A stretch of 64,000 nt of DNA. It comes from Micavibrio sp. GTDB taxonomy: Bacteria > Patescibacteriota > Minisyncoccia > Moranbacterales > GCA-2747515. The stretch spans positions 117,902 to 181,901 of the forward strand of contig DYDB01000001.1 in the NCBI GenBank assembly GCA_020718085.1, given 5' to 3'. Below, piece after piece: positions 30,046-40,260 of this stretch; the stretch's first letter is position 1, and every line of letters starts with the position of its first letter. The position numbers and the translations under genes were made by a program. Under the pieces are notes generated by a model that worked only from the letters and a program-made list of their open reading frames with translations, searched no databases and was not told where the DNA came from.

Positions 30046-31014
30046 ATGGAAGAAGGCATGGATTTGGACAAGAAAGATGATGAACAAAATCCTCTACCAA
30101 TACCGCCACAAGCACAGAGCAATGATAATGATATGACAGAAGAAAATCGCTCTCCTGAAATGTTGTCAGACATTCCTATGACAGAAAATGCACAAAGTGA
30201 CATGCGATCTTCCGGAAAACTGATTGGCGTAATTGTGGGAATCGTAATATTTTTGATCCTACTCATCATCGTTGGTGTGGTTGGATTTTTCTTTTTTCGT
30301 GGAGGCATCATGGAGCGCTCGGGACAGGTTTTTGGCGATTCTGAGAATGTTGTTGAAAGTGATGTGCGTGCGGATCTGGGTGTGCGATCTGCAGCATGTA
30401 AGGATCTCATATCCAATGGCATTATGGGTGAAGATGTCGTTGAAAGTGAAATAAAAAATTTGCAAGAGGAGATCAATGACGCGTTACAAAATAATGGTGA
30501 TGGTGACATACAATTAACATCGGAGGAAGCATGTTTGGTTAGCATGGTCAGTACCGCTGTTGTTGCCGCTGGTGAACAGGAGAATCTTGAAAATATAGAT
30601 ATTGTAGAAATGAAAGCACTCATAAAATATAATACGCAATATGATGTGACGCAAAAATCGGCTGATCGTATTGCTCTTGCAACAAAGGTAGTCTTACAAA
30701 ATATGGCGGGTGATGCACTAACTGCATCAATTAAATCCATGATTTCCTCAACGGTTCCCGGCATGATCCTTTGTATGGAGGATAACGGATATTTAACAGA
30801 GCCGAAGGAGGGTCAAGAGATGTGCCGTGGAAATAGTGCATATGGTGTGTGGCCTGTGTTGAATGATAAGGGTGCCAAGTGGGGTGGGTGCAAAATGAGC
30901 GTAGAACGCGTGGGTGGTATGATAGAGCATTTTGCATATTGCGCAACAATGGCAGATGGTATGATTGTGATGTGCAGAGAGAGTGGTTGTGACTTTGACG
31001 GTAAAGATAGTTAA
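30046..31014 (+). CDS. membrane protein with disordered acidic N-terminus, one TM and C-terminal pilin-like Cys-containing domain
   Basis: 322 aa; C-terminal about 110 aa homologous to C-terminus of next gene (ASIKSMISSTVP..MILCMEDN..WPVLND..FAYCA..CRESGCDF). Confidence 0.6.
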   Translation: MEEGMDLDKKDDEQNPLPIPPQAQSNDNDMTEENRSPEMLSDIPMTENAQSDMRSSGKLIGVIVGIVIFLILLIIVGVVGFFFFRGGIMERSGQVFGDSENVVESDVRADLGVRSAACKDLISNGIMGEDVVESEIKNLQEEINDALQNNGDGDIQLTSEEACLVSMVSTAVVAAGEQENLENIDIVEMKALIKYNTQYDVTQKSADRIALATKVVLQNMAGDALTASIKSMISSTVPGMILCMEDNGYLTEPKEGQEMCRGNSAYGVWPVLNDKGAKWGGCKMSVERVGGMIEHFAYCATMADGMIVMCRESGCDFDGKDS

Positions 31015-31105
31015 AAAAAGTAATATGGATGACATATAACAGAAAAAGGGAACAATCAAGTAAAATAGCAATTTTAGATCATTTAATTTTTTAATTCTAA
31101 AAGTT

Positions 31106-32101
31106 ATGAATCAACAAATCATAGAATATCTTCAGACAAATAAAACGCAATACACCAAAGAATCGTTGGTTGCACAATTACGTGTTGCAGGGCATGGGGA
31201 AAATGACATTAATGAAGCAGTGAATATGGTCTATGGTGATATGTCTGTGGCACCGGTTAACGAACAACCTGTTAAATATGCAGGATTTTGGATTCGATGG
31301 GTTGCCGCTTTTGTTGATGGGCTCATTGTGGGTATTGCAAGTCTTCCGCTGAGGTTGCTTTTTGGCATTGTTTTGAGTGACATGCCAAGTGCGATCAATA
31401 GTATTTTGCAGAGCGTGATCGGTTTTGGATTACTATGGACATATTATGTTTTTATGACGCATAAGTATCAGGCAACAATAGGTAAGAAATTAGTTGGTAT
31501 TGAAGTGCGTGCAGTTGACGGTGTTGGTAAGGCGGCACTGGGTAACGTTGTGATTCGTGAAACTGTTGGCAAGCTCATTTCTGCAGTCGTTCTATATATT
31601 GGTTACATTATGGCAGGTTTCACATCAAAAAAGCAGGCGTTGCATGACATGATCGGAAGCACTGTTGTGGTGTACAAAGACCCACAGAAAAAAACAAATA
31701 CAGCCGTGATCGCAGTTGTGGTCATTGTTGTTGTTTTTGTGATGATCGCGATCATTGGCATACTTGCATCAATCGTACTTGTGTCACTTAACTCGGCTCG
31801 TGGCAAAGCACAAGATGCGTCTTTCAAAGCCACAGTATCATCAACTGTTCCGATGGCAATGATCTGTATGGATGAAAATCAAAATATTTTACCACCAAGT
31901 GAATATGCAAAAATGTGCAAAATGGGAACTGGTGAGGAATATATATGGCCAATGCTCGATGAAACTGGTGAGTGGGGTACATTGATCGATGGAAATGTGG
32001 CAGATGGCACATTCGCATATACGGCGGAGTTTGCGGAAAGTGGGTTAACGGCCACATGTACACAGCTAGGATGTGAATTTTCTGATGAATCTGTCTACTA
32101 G
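31106..32101 (+). CDS. RDD-family membrane protein fused to a type IV pilin-like C-terminal domain
   Basis: RDD core (WIRWVAAFVDGLIV...KKQALHDMIGSTVVV); then IIGILASIVLVSLNSARGKAQDASFKA (pilin alpha1-helix-like) and C-terminal C..GCEF disulfide-loop-like region. Confidence 0.65.
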   Translation: MNQQIIEYLQTNKTQYTKESLVAQLRVAGHGENDINEAVNMVYGDMSVAPVNEQPVKYAGFWIRWVAAFVDGLIVGIASLPLRLLFGIVLSDMPSAINSILQSVIGFGLLWTYYVFMTHKYQATIGKKLVGIEVRAVDGVGKAALGNVVIRETVGKLISAVVLYIGYIMAGFTSKKQALHDMIGSTVVVYKDPQKKTNTAVIAVVVIVVVFVMIAIIGILASIVLVSLNSARGKAQDASFKATVSSTVPMAMICMDENQNILPPSEYAKMCKMGTGEEYIWPMLDETGEWGTLIDGNVADGTFAYTAEFAESGLTATCTQLGCEFSDESVY

Positions 32102-32328
32102 ATCATGTGCTATATAAAGAAACGCTGTCATATAAAAAACGACCATGTTAGTCTATATGGTCGTTTATTGGTAGAACGTATTGTCGCGTAATATATTTTT
32201 TGTTACAATGGTCATATATGTGGACAAAGAAAAAAAGAAGAAAGATTGATGCAATCGGTTTTGTTTTTGCTATCCTTATGATCATTCTCATGGTGGGCTT
32301 TTTGCTTTTACCATTGTTGTATGTATAA

Positions 32329-32727
32329 ATGGATGCAATTACTATGAATCAAAAATTGCGTACGATCATCACAGCCCTATTATTTATTGGAAGTGTCGTT
32401 GTCATATCGGTAACGCTGGTTTTGGTCGTGAAAGAAAAACGACGTGCACGCGTAATTCAAGATGAGATCAGTGCATTACAGGAAGAAAAGAAATTATACG
32501 AACACGAAAATAGTGAATTGGCGGATCGTATTGCATATTTGCACTCGGAACACTCCTACGAAAAAGAAGCGAAGAATTTGAACTACAAAAATCCCGGGGA
32601 ACGTGTAGTTGTAATTCGTCGCTCACAAGGGAATAATGACAACGCGCAAATATTGGGTAGCGATACGCAGAAAAGTGATGATGTGGAAAAACCGCATTAT
32701 CGTGTTTGGTTTGATTATTTCTTTTAA
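32329..32727 (+). CDS. ftsB: septum formation initiator (FtsB/DivIC family)
   Basis: N-terminal TM then heptad coiled coil (RVIQDEISALQEEKKLYEHENSELADRIAYL). Confidence 0.7.
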   Translation: MDAITMNQKLRTIITALLFIGSVVVISVTLVLVVKEKRRARVIQDEISALQEEKKLYEHENSELADRIAYLHSEHSYEKEAKNLNYKNPGERVVVIRRSQGNNDNAQILGSDTQKSDDVEKPHYRVWFDYFF

Positions 32728-32739
32728 CAAAAAATTCAT

Positions 32740-33780
32740 ATGACAAGTGTGCACAAAAAGATCTTGGTAATTGGCGGAACGGTTCTTCTCATTTGCATCG
32801 TTTTTATCGGTGTGCTCACATACGTGTTTCGTGTGGACACACCATTGATCACTTATGCGCGACGCATTTTGCATCTACCTGCAATCGTTGTGAATACCAC
32901 GTCGATCTCGATGCAAGAAATAGAGGAAAACACCGCATCAATTAAAAAGTTCTATGAAAATCAGGATTTTTCTTCTTACGGTATTCGCATTGACTTTACA
33001 ACAGAGGATGGTCAAAAACGTCTCAAGATCCAACAAAAGAGAATGCTCAATAAATTGATCGAGGACATTGCAATTGAAGAGATGGCAAAAAAATGGAATA
33101 TCACCATCAGTGATGAGGCTGTGAAAACGGCGATGGATCGGCCGATGAGCGAGGTGGGAACGCGAGATAGTGTAACAGAAAACTTAGAAAATCTCTATGG
33201 ATGGACACTGGATGATTTTGGTCAAAAAGTTGTATATGGACAGTTGTTGCGTGAGAAAGTTACGGCAAAATTTGAGCAAGAAAATATTGCCACGCCTGAA
33301 ATGCATGACAAGATCGCTCAAGCCAAGAAAGAACTTGATGATGGAAGATCGTTTGTGGACACTGCAATGAAGTATTCTGATGGTTCCACTGCATCGGAGG
33401 GCGGTGTAATGGGATGGTTTGCGTCAAATGAATTACAAGATGAGATTGGGAAAAAGATCTTTACAATGGAGAAGGGTGCGTATACTGATGTGATCGAAAC
33501 ACAGTTGGGATTACACCTTGTACGTGTGAACGATATCTCAGAAAAAGATAATGTTAAGTTGGTGCATGTCTCGCAAATTGTCATAAAGAAGCAAAATTTT
33601 GCGCAATATCTCGAAGAATGGATCAAAAAGATGAATGTGAAAATATTTCTCCCACAATACGCGTGGGATGCGCAAACCGGTTTGCTGATCTTTGATGATG
33701 AAGAACTGCAGGTATTTGAAGAAAAAATGCGTGCAGAAGCACTTGAAATGCAAAAAAAAGTAAATCAAGAAAAGAAATAA
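32740..33780 (+). CDS. parvulin-type peptidyl-prolyl cis-trans isomerase (PrsA/SurA-like)
   Basis: N-terminal TM; PpiC domain RSFVDTAMKYSDGSTASEGGVMGWF...GLHLVRV. Confidence 0.75.
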   Translation: MTSVHKKILVIGGTVLLICIVFIGVLTYVFRVDTPLITYARRILHLPAIVVNTTSISMQEIEENTASIKKFYENQDFSSYGIRIDFTTEDGQKRLKIQQKRMLNKLIEDIAIEEMAKKWNITISDEAVKTAMDRPMSEVGTRDSVTENLENLYGWTLDDFGQKVVYGQLLREKVTAKFEQENIATPEMHDKIAQAKKELDDGRSFVDTAMKYSDGSTASEGGVMGWFASNELQDEIGKKIFTMEKGAYTDVIETQLGLHLVRVNDISEKDNVKLVHVSQIVIKKQNFAQYLEEWIKKMNVKIFLPQYAWDAQTGLLIFDDEELQVFEEKMRAEALEMQKKVNQEKK

Positions 33781-33787
33781 TAATTAT

Positions 33788-35041
33788 ATGGAAAACGAAA
33801 ATAATATTGATCAAACAATACACATGAACATGGAAAAAAAACCGGTCAGAGAATCGCGCGTGATGTCACTTATGCTCATGATCGCTATTAGTTTGCTTGT
33901 GAGCATTGTAGGTAGCGCGATCGTGTGCACCTTCGTTTTTGACCGTTATATTCAAAAGTTGGGCACGCAGCAATCAGATCCTGTTGTCAAAAAAGTTGTA
34001 CAAATGCAAGATGATAGTATTGTGGATATGGTGGAAAATGTATCGCCGGCAGTGGTGAGCATTGTAGCAAAAAAAGAAGTGGCACAATATCGTCAAATGA
34101 GCCCGTTCGATCTTTTTTTTGGTGTGCCGCAACAAGAGCAGCAAAATGGACCGAGTGAGAAGCAGAAGGTTGGTGGTGGTACAGGATTTTTTGTATCAGC
34201 AGATGGTATGATCATAACGAATCGTCATGTGGTGGTGGATGCTGATGCGGAATATACAGTTTTGACAAATGACGGCACAGAACATCCAGCTACAGTTCTG
34301 GCGCGTGATGAATATTTGGATTTCGCCGTATTAAAAGTGGAAGGAAATGATTTTACTGCAGTTGAATTGGGAGATTCCAGTGCTATTAAACTTGGGCAGA
34401 CGGTAGTTGCAATCGGCAACTCGTTGGGTGAGTTTTCCAACTCGGTCAGTCGCGGTATTGTTTCTGGTGTGCAAAGAAATATTGTTGCCGGTAGCGGTTT
34501 TGGTGACACAGAAGAATTGACCGATATCATACAAACAGATGCAGCGATCAATTTTGGCAATTCGGGCGGACCACTTCTCGACCTTAATGGAAAAGTGATC
34601 GGTATAAATACTGCTGTGGCGCAAGGTGCGGAGAATATCGGTTTTGCGATCCCGATCAGTCAAGTCATGCGACTGATCGATGATGTGAAGGCGACTGGTA
34701 AGATCTCACGTCCGTTCATTGGCGTGCGATATGTGGCAATGACAGACGAAATACGAAAAGCATTGAATGTATCATATGATTATGGCATTTTGGTTGTGCG
34801 TGGCGATAAGATCACAGATTTTGCGGTGTTACCAGGCTCACCGGCAGATGAAGCAGGTTTGATGGAAAATGATATCATTTTAGAGATAAATGGTGAAAAG
34901 ATCGATGAAACAAATACACTGACAAAAAAAATCGCTGAGCACAGCGTTGGTGATACGATCACATTGAAAATTTGGCATAAGGGTGAGGAAAAAGAAATAA
35001 AGGTCCTCTTGGAGGAAAAAATGGATCTCAACAAAAAATAA
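33788..35041 (+). CDS. htrA: HtrA/DegP family serine protease with PDZ domain
   Basis: TNRHVV (His), DFAVLKV (Asp), GNSGGP (Ser) catalytic motifs; C-terminal PDZ. Confidence 0.9.
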   Translation: MENENNIDQTIHMNMEKKPVRESRVMSLMLMIAISLLVSIVGSAIVCTFVFDRYIQKLGTQQSDPVVKKVVQMQDDSIVDMVENVSPAVVSIVAKKEVAQYRQMSPFDLFFGVPQQEQQNGPSEKQKVGGGTGFFVSADGMIITNRHVVVDADAEYTVLTNDGTEHPATVLARDEYLDFAVLKVEGNDFTAVELGDSSAIKLGQTVVAIGNSLGEFSNSVSRGIVSGVQRNIVAGSGFGDTEELTDIIQTDAAINFGNSGGPLLDLNGKVIGINTAVAQGAENIGFAIPISQVMRLIDDVKATGKISRPFIGVRYVAMTDEIRKALNVSYDYGILVVRGDKITDFAVLPGSPADEAGLMENDIILEINGEKIDETNTLTKKIAEHSVGDTITLKIWHKGEEKEIKVLLEEKMDLNKK

Positions 35042-35068
35042 GAATAAGATCATTTATCTTATGCACTT

Positions 35069-37660
35069 ATGAATATCGATCAATTTACTACAAAATCACA
35101 GGAAGCATTGCAATTGGCGCAGAGTGGTGCAACGCGACGTGAGCATCAGGCTGTTTTGCCATATCACCTTGCAGAGGCGTTGTTGACACAAGATGGCTCG
35201 ATCGTGCCGATCGTTCTCAAAAAAAATGATATTGCATATGCGGACCTTGTGCGAGAAGTTGGAGTGATCATTGATACTTCTGTACCAAAAGTTAAAACGG
35301 AGCAGGGGTCGTCACAAGTGTATATAGCACAGGAGCTGTCTCGCGTGCTTACACAGGCAGAAACAGAGATGAAATTAATGGGAGACACTTTTATTTCCAC
35401 AGAACATCTGATGCTGGGGCTTTTTTCTGCAGATCGTGCGGTACGCGATATGTTTGGGCGATATGGCATTACTTATGACCTTTTCAAAAAAGCGCTTGCA
35501 GATGTGCGCGGAACTGTGCATGTGGATAGTCAAAATCCTGAAGAGACCATGCACATGATCGAGAAGTTCACGATCAATCTTACGGACAAGGCGCGCAAAG
35601 ATGATCTGGATCCAATTATCGGTCGCGATGAAGAAGTGCGACGTGTGATGCAAATTCTTTCACGACGTACAAAAAATAATCCGGTGTTATTGGGTGAACC
35701 CGGTACGGGAAAAACAGCGATCGTGGAAGGGCTTGCACAGCGCATTGTTGCGGGTGATGTGCCAGAATCGCTCAAGGATAAGGAAATTCTCGCACTTGAT
35801 CTAGGTCAGCTTATTGCAGGTGCAAAATTTCGCGGTGAGTTTGAAGATCGTCTCAAAGCTCTCATCAAAGAATTGAACGGTGCATCAGGACGTATGATTC
35901 TCTTCATTGACGAATTGCACACATTGGTTGGCGCGGGAGCAAATGAGGGAGCGATGGATGCGTCAAATATGCTCAAACCGGCATTGGCGCGCGGCGAGAT
36001 TCGCACGATTGGTGCAACAACATTGAAAGAATATCAAAAATATATTGAAAAAGACGCTGCTTTGGAACGTCGCTTTCAACCGGTATATGTGACAGAACCA
36101 TCACCGCAGGATGCTATTGCCATTTTGCGTGGCGTGAAGGAAAAATATGAGTTACATCATGGTGTGCGTATTACAGATGATGCTGTTATTGCAGCGGTGG
36201 ATCTCTCACGTCGATATATTGCAGATCGATTTTTGCCGGACAAGGCAGTGGACTTGATCGATGAAGCAGCGTCTTCCTTGCGTATGGAGATCGATTCTAT
36301 GCCGGCGGAAGTGGATCAAATGGAGCGAAAAATTCGTCGCATGGAAATTGAAAAAAAAGCCTTGCAAAAGGAGAAAAAAAATGGCAATCAAGAAAAGATC
36401 GATAAGATCGATAAAGAGCTTTCAGAGTTGAAAGAACATTCAAAAAAAGTCTTGATGCAGTGGCAAGCGGAAAAAGATATCTTACGATCGATGCACAATT
36501 CAAAAGAATTGATCGAAAAATTGCGTATTGAGGCAGATAATTTGGAACGTACGGGCGATTTTGACAAGGTTGCCGAAATTCGTTACGGCAAGATCCCGGA
36601 AGCGGAACAGGAAATAAAGAAAATACAAGAAAAATTACATGATATTCAAGCGGATGGTGGCATGCTGCGTGAAGATGTAACTGAGAAGGATATTGCGCGG
36701 ATCGTATCCAAGTGGACCGGCGTACCTGTATCAAAAATGCTGGATTCAGAAAAAGATCGACTGACGACAATGGAAGATGTATTGGCACATCGTATTGTGG
36801 GACAAAAAGATGCTGTGAGCGCAGTGTCCAATGCGATTCGTCGTGCGAGAGCGGGTATTTCTGATGAAAGTCGTCCAATCGCCTCATTTATCTTTTTGGG
36901 ACCGACAGGTGTGGGAAAAACTGAGCTTGCGAAGGCATTGGCAGAGTTTCTTTTTGATGATGAGAGGTCACTTGTGAGAGTTGACATGAGCGAATATATG
37001 GAATCACATGCAGTTTCGCGACTGATCGGATCACCGCCGGGATATGTAGGGCATGAAGAAGGGGGACAACTGACAGAGATCATTCGACGCAAACCGTACA
37101 GCGTGATCTTGTTTGATGAGATCGAAAAAGCTCATCCTGATGTGTTCAATATTTTTCTGCAGATCCTGGATGATGGACAACTTACTGACAGCAAGGGACG
37201 TATGGTAAATTTCAAAAATACGGTGATCATCATGACATCCAATGTCGGCTCAGAGGAAATATTTGCCATGCAAAAAGAAGCACAGGAGATCGTGTATGAT
37301 TCTGTCATGCGAGAACTGCAAAGGCGATTTAAGCCGGAATTTTTGAATCGTATTGATGATATTATTGTCTTCCATGCGTTGACAGAAGAGATGATTCGGT
37401 ATATAGTGGATATTCAGTTGGACCATGTGCAAAAAAGATTGCTTGAAGAAAAAATAGGTGTTGAGATCTCGGAAAAAGTACGGATTTTTCTTGCGCAAAA
37501 AGGATTTGATCCGGCATATGGTGCACGACCGCTCAAGCGTGTCATTCAGCGATTGGTGTTGGATCCGCTTGCGATGAAAATTGTTGACGGCAGCATCGGT
37601 GCAGGAAAAAAGGCACAAATCGATGTTGACGGCGACCGTATCGTTATATCAGTAAAATAA
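35069..37660 (+). CDS. clpB: chaperone ClpB
   Basis: 863 aa; two AAA+ modules (GEPGTGKTA and GPTGVGKTE Walker A), middle coiled-coil domain. Confidence 0.95.
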   Translation: MNIDQFTTKSQEALQLAQSGATRREHQAVLPYHLAEALLTQDGSIVPIVLKKNDIAYADLVREVGVIIDTSVPKVKTEQGSSQVYIAQELSRVLTQAETEMKLMGDTFISTEHLMLGLFSADRAVRDMFGRYGITYDLFKKALADVRGTVHVDSQNPEETMHMIEKFTINLTDKARKDDLDPIIGRDEEVRRVMQILSRRTKNNPVLLGEPGTGKTAIVEGLAQRIVAGDVPESLKDKEILALDLGQLIAGAKFRGEFEDRLKALIKELNGASGRMILFIDELHTLVGAGANEGAMDASNMLKPALARGEIRTIGATTLKEYQKYIEKDAALERRFQPVYVTEPSPQDAIAILRGVKEKYELHHGVRITDDAVIAAVDLSRRYIADRFLPDKAVDLIDEAASSLRMEIDSMPAEVDQMERKIRRMEIEKKALQKEKKNGNQEKIDKIDKELSELKEHSKKVLMQWQAEKDILRSMHNSKELIEKLRIEADNLERTGDFDKVAEIRYGKIPEAEQEIKKIQEKLHDIQADGGMLREDVTEKDIARIVSKWTGVPVSKMLDSEKDRLTTMEDVLAHRIVGQKDAVSAVSNAIRRARAGISDESRPIASFIFLGPTGVGKTELAKALAEFLFDDERSLVRVDMSEYMESHAVSRLIGSPPGYVGHEEGGQLTEIIRRKPYSVILFDEIEKAHPDVFNIFLQILDDGQLTDSKGRMVNFKNTVIIMTSNVGSEEIFAMQKEAQEIVYDSVMRELQRRFKPEFLNRIDDIIVFHALTEEMIRYIVDIQLDHVQKRLLEEKIGVEISEKVRIFLAQKGFDPAYGARPLKRVIQRLVLDPLAMKIVDGSIGAGKKAQIDVDGDRIVISVK

Positions 37661-37666
37661 ACCATC

Positions 37667-38416
37667 ATGATCGCTCATCTGCGTAGTTTGGTATTCACGA
37701 TCATTTTTTTTGTCGGCATGGAATTGATCATAGCGCTATCTCTTTTGGGTGAGCGTATGGGTCTTATATTGGGTATATCCATAATGCTTCTTGCATTATA
37801 CGCTGGATGGAATGTGGGCAGATCTTTCGTGTATGCATTTTTTCCGTTTGCACTGTCTGTTGCATCATTTGGGCTGCTATATTTCATTGATAATTTTCAT
37901 GAGAGGCAAATATTCGGTATTCTTGTTTCCTTATTGTATTACGCTACATTATTTGGCATCAAACGTATTCGTAAAAATCCATTCGATATGACTGCACGAA
38001 GTTTATTTTCAGCATCGCTCATCGCAACTGTGTTTTTGTTTTATGCTGTTGTATATGGGTTTTATATTAATTTCAATATCCCGATCTGGCTTTTTATGTT
38101 GACCCATTTTGTTTTTGTGGGTCTGATGACATTTGTTTCTTTGCGCGCGTATTCCAGTGATGTAAAGCGTACGATGGTGTACAGTGCCGTGATCGCATTT
38201 GCCATGATCCAATTTGTGTGGATGACAACATTTTGGCCGTTTGGATATCTTACTATGGCGGCGATCAATTTAATGTTCTATTATATATTATGGGATCTGG
38301 TGCAGATGGTCTTTTTGGAAACATTGTCAAAAAAACGAATTGTGATCTCAATTATCTATTGTGTGATATTGACGATCGCTGTTCTCGTAACAACCCAATG
38401 GTTATTAGTTGATTAA
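37667..38416 (+). CDS. hypothetical polytopic membrane protein
   Basis: 249 aa, about 8 hydrophobic helices. Confidence 0.5.
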   Translation: MIAHLRSLVFTIIFFVGMELIIALSLLGERMGLILGISIMLLALYAGWNVGRSFVYAFFPFALSVASFGLLYFIDNFHERQIFGILVSLLYYATLFGIKRIRKNPFDMTARSLFSASLIATVFLFYAVVYGFYINFNIPIWLFMLTHFVFVGLMTFVSLRAYSSDVKRTMVYSAVIAFAMIQFVWMTTFWPFGYLTMAAINLMFYYILWDLVQMVFLETLSKKRIVISIIYCVILTIAVLVTTQWLLVD

Positions 38417-38424
38417 TATTTTTT

Positions 38425-39573
38425 ATGAAAAAAATTGGAAAAATTTTTATGCTTGTAAGTGCTGTTCTGGTGATCGGTGGCATCGGTGGCATGTTCTTTG
38501 ATTATATCTTTTTTGCACAAATGGTGAACAATCCTACATGGGCCAATAACGATACTGTCAAAACAATGGCCAGTCGTTATCAAGTGATCAAAAATACAGA
38601 AAAAATTATTGTGGAAAATAGCGAATCGATTGCCGATATTGCTTCGCGTGCAGCAACATCTGTTGTATTCGTGGAAGCTGTGAATGCGGAAGGTGTAACA
38701 TCTGTTGGTAATGGTGTTGTGGTGAGCAGTGATGGTGTGATCGCGACAACAAAAACGGTTGTTCCGACAGGGTTTGATACGCAATATGTGAAATATGCCG
38801 ATGGAAAAGTATACACTGTCACAGATGCGTATACGGATGCGTATAGTGGTATTGTGTTTTTGAGAACAGAGGCAAAAGATCTTGCAACGATCTCATTTGC
38901 AAATTCTGACGATGCGCAAAGCGGTAAACAATTGATCAGTATCATGCAACCGCGTGCAGACAATGGTGCGCATTTTTCTGCCGGCGGACTTGTGGGAAAT
39001 ATATATGATTTTGCAACACAAAGTCCGGCAAGTGATCATTTGCAGGGGGTGCTGGATCTTGATTTTTCTGAAACTGTTTTGCAACAAAATATTGGTGCGC
39101 CGGTCGTGGACTATCAAGGTAATATGATCGGTATGATCTCTGTGAAGAAAGATCAGCCAACGGTAGAAGGTGAATATTATGCGATTGCAGCAAATGATAT
39201 CTATCATGCTTTTGAATCATATTTGCGTGCAAAAAATGTTACGGAGGGTGATACTGTCACACAGCCGCTGTTATTGGGCACAGATTATGAGATCATCAAT
39301 GCAATTGATGCACAGATCAAAAAGATCTCTGTGGATCGTGGAGCGATTATTCCTACGCCTGTCACATATCAAGAAAATGTATTATTCAATGCAACAGTAG
39401 CTGCAAAATCGGGCTTGCGTGCCGGTGATGTGATCATTATGGTAAATAACGATGAGGTGAGTCCAAAGAACAATCTCTCGCGTCTTTTGCATAAATATGA
39501 TCGATCACAAAGTGTGAATTTAACGGTTTTGCGTGCGGGAGAGATCATGACCGTGACAATTCCACAGATTTAA
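38425..39573 (+). CDS. HtrA-like pseudoprotease with PDZ domain; catalytic His and Ser replaced
   Basis: Trypsin-like fold alignable to htrA; His position reads TTKTVV (vs TNRHVV) and Ser position reads QNIGAP (vs GNSGGP); C-terminal PDZ GLRAGDVIIMVNNDEV. Confidence 0.65.
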   Translation: MKKIGKIFMLVSAVLVIGGIGGMFFDYIFFAQMVNNPTWANNDTVKTMASRYQVIKNTEKIIVENSESIADIASRAATSVVFVEAVNAEGVTSVGNGVVVSSDGVIATTKTVVPTGFDTQYVKYADGKVYTVTDAYTDAYSGIVFLRTEAKDLATISFANSDDAQSGKQLISIMQPRADNGAHFSAGGLVGNIYDFATQSPASDHLQGVLDLDFSETVLQQNIGAPVVDYQGNMIGMISVKKDQPTVEGEYYAIAANDIYHAFESYLRAKNVTEGDTVTQPLLLGTDYEIINAIDAQIKKISVDRGAIIPTPVTYQENVLFNATVAAKSGLRAGDVIIMVNNDEVSPKNNLSRLLHKYDRSQSVNLTVLRAGEIMTVTIPQI

Positions 39574-39680
39574 GGAGTCATATTGACAGAGAAAGAAAAA
39601 AGTAGTATATTTGAGGGACGCTGGTGACTTCAAAGTTCACTGTAGATTCAGAGCGTAATTTTTATGTTTATTTCAAGACC

Positions 39681-39989
39681 ATGTTAGCAATCATCAAAAC
39701 AGGCGGAAAACAATACAAAGTTGCAGAAGGTGACAAGATCAAAGTGGAAAAGCTCGCTGGGGAAGTGGGTGATTCCATCAAATTTGACGAGGTGCTTTTT
39801 GTAGGTGATGAGAAAAAAGTAGAAGTTGGTACACCAACAATTGTCAAAGCTACAGTGGAAGGTAAGATCATCGACCAAGACCGTCATGATAAAGTATGGG
39901 GTATCAAATTTAAAGCAAAAAAACGTTTCAAACTGAAGTTTGGTCACAAACAGGCATATACAGAGATTGAGATCACAAAAATTGCATAA
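39681..39989 (+). CDS. rplU: 50S ribosomal protein L21
   Basis: MLAIIKTGGKQYKVAEGD...KFGHKQ; start at ATG 39681. Confidence 0.93.
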   Translation: MLAIIKTGGKQYKVAEGDKIKVEKLAGEVGDSIKFDEVLFVGDEKKVEVGTPTIVKATVEGKIIDQDRHDKVWGIKFKAKKRFKLKFGHKQAYTEIEITKIA

Positions 39990-40001
39990 AGAATTTTACA
40001 G

Positions 40002-40030
40002 CCACCTCGCTCAAGCGGGGTGGTTTTTGT
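40002..40030 (+). terminator. rho-independent terminator after rplU
   Basis: CCACCTCGCTCAAGCGGGGTGGTTTTTGT. Confidence 0.7.
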
Positions 40031-40061
40031 ATTGACAAAAAATCATAACCGTGGTAGAGTC

Positions 40062-40217
40062 TAGTCAAGTAAAAACGTCCCGTGAGGGACACTGTAAACC
40101 GAGTGGCATGATTGACGGATGAGCAACTTCTCATCCACACACATTTCTCTCCCAAGAGTGCCTCTCAACAACCAAACCCCTGTGTCGACTGATGTTGACA
40201 CAGGGGTTTTTCTTTTA
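40062..40217 (+). ncRNA. candidate small RNA (unknown family) with its own promoter and terminator
   Basis: TTGACA(40032)-N17-TAGAGT(40055) promoter; internal hairpins GTCCCGTGAGGGAC and GGATGAGCAACTTCTCATCC; ends in AAACCCCTGTGTCGACTGATGTTGACACAGGGGTTTTTCTTTTAT; no ORF. Confidence 0.35.
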
Positions 40218-40260
40218 TCCTGCAGACAGGCCAGGCGAAGTGGTAATTTAAAAGGCAGAC

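Noticed and set aside
29967-30764. 265-aa minus-strand ORF overlapping the 30046-31014 plus-strand gene
   Set aside because: Low-complexity Ser/Thr/Cys/Pro-rich translation. The plus-strand ORF has coherent architecture (disordered N-terminus, TM, domain homologous to its neighbour), so the minus ORF is judged an antisense artefact.
36297-37092. Minus-strand ORFs of 196 and 148 aa inside clpB
   Set aside because: Antisense to a highly conserved ClpB gene; no independent support.
39990-40260. Expected rpmA (L27) downstream of rplU
   Set aside because: No ORF with an L27-like sequence in any frame here; region instead holds two terminators and a promoter-like element (reported as a candidate sRNA).
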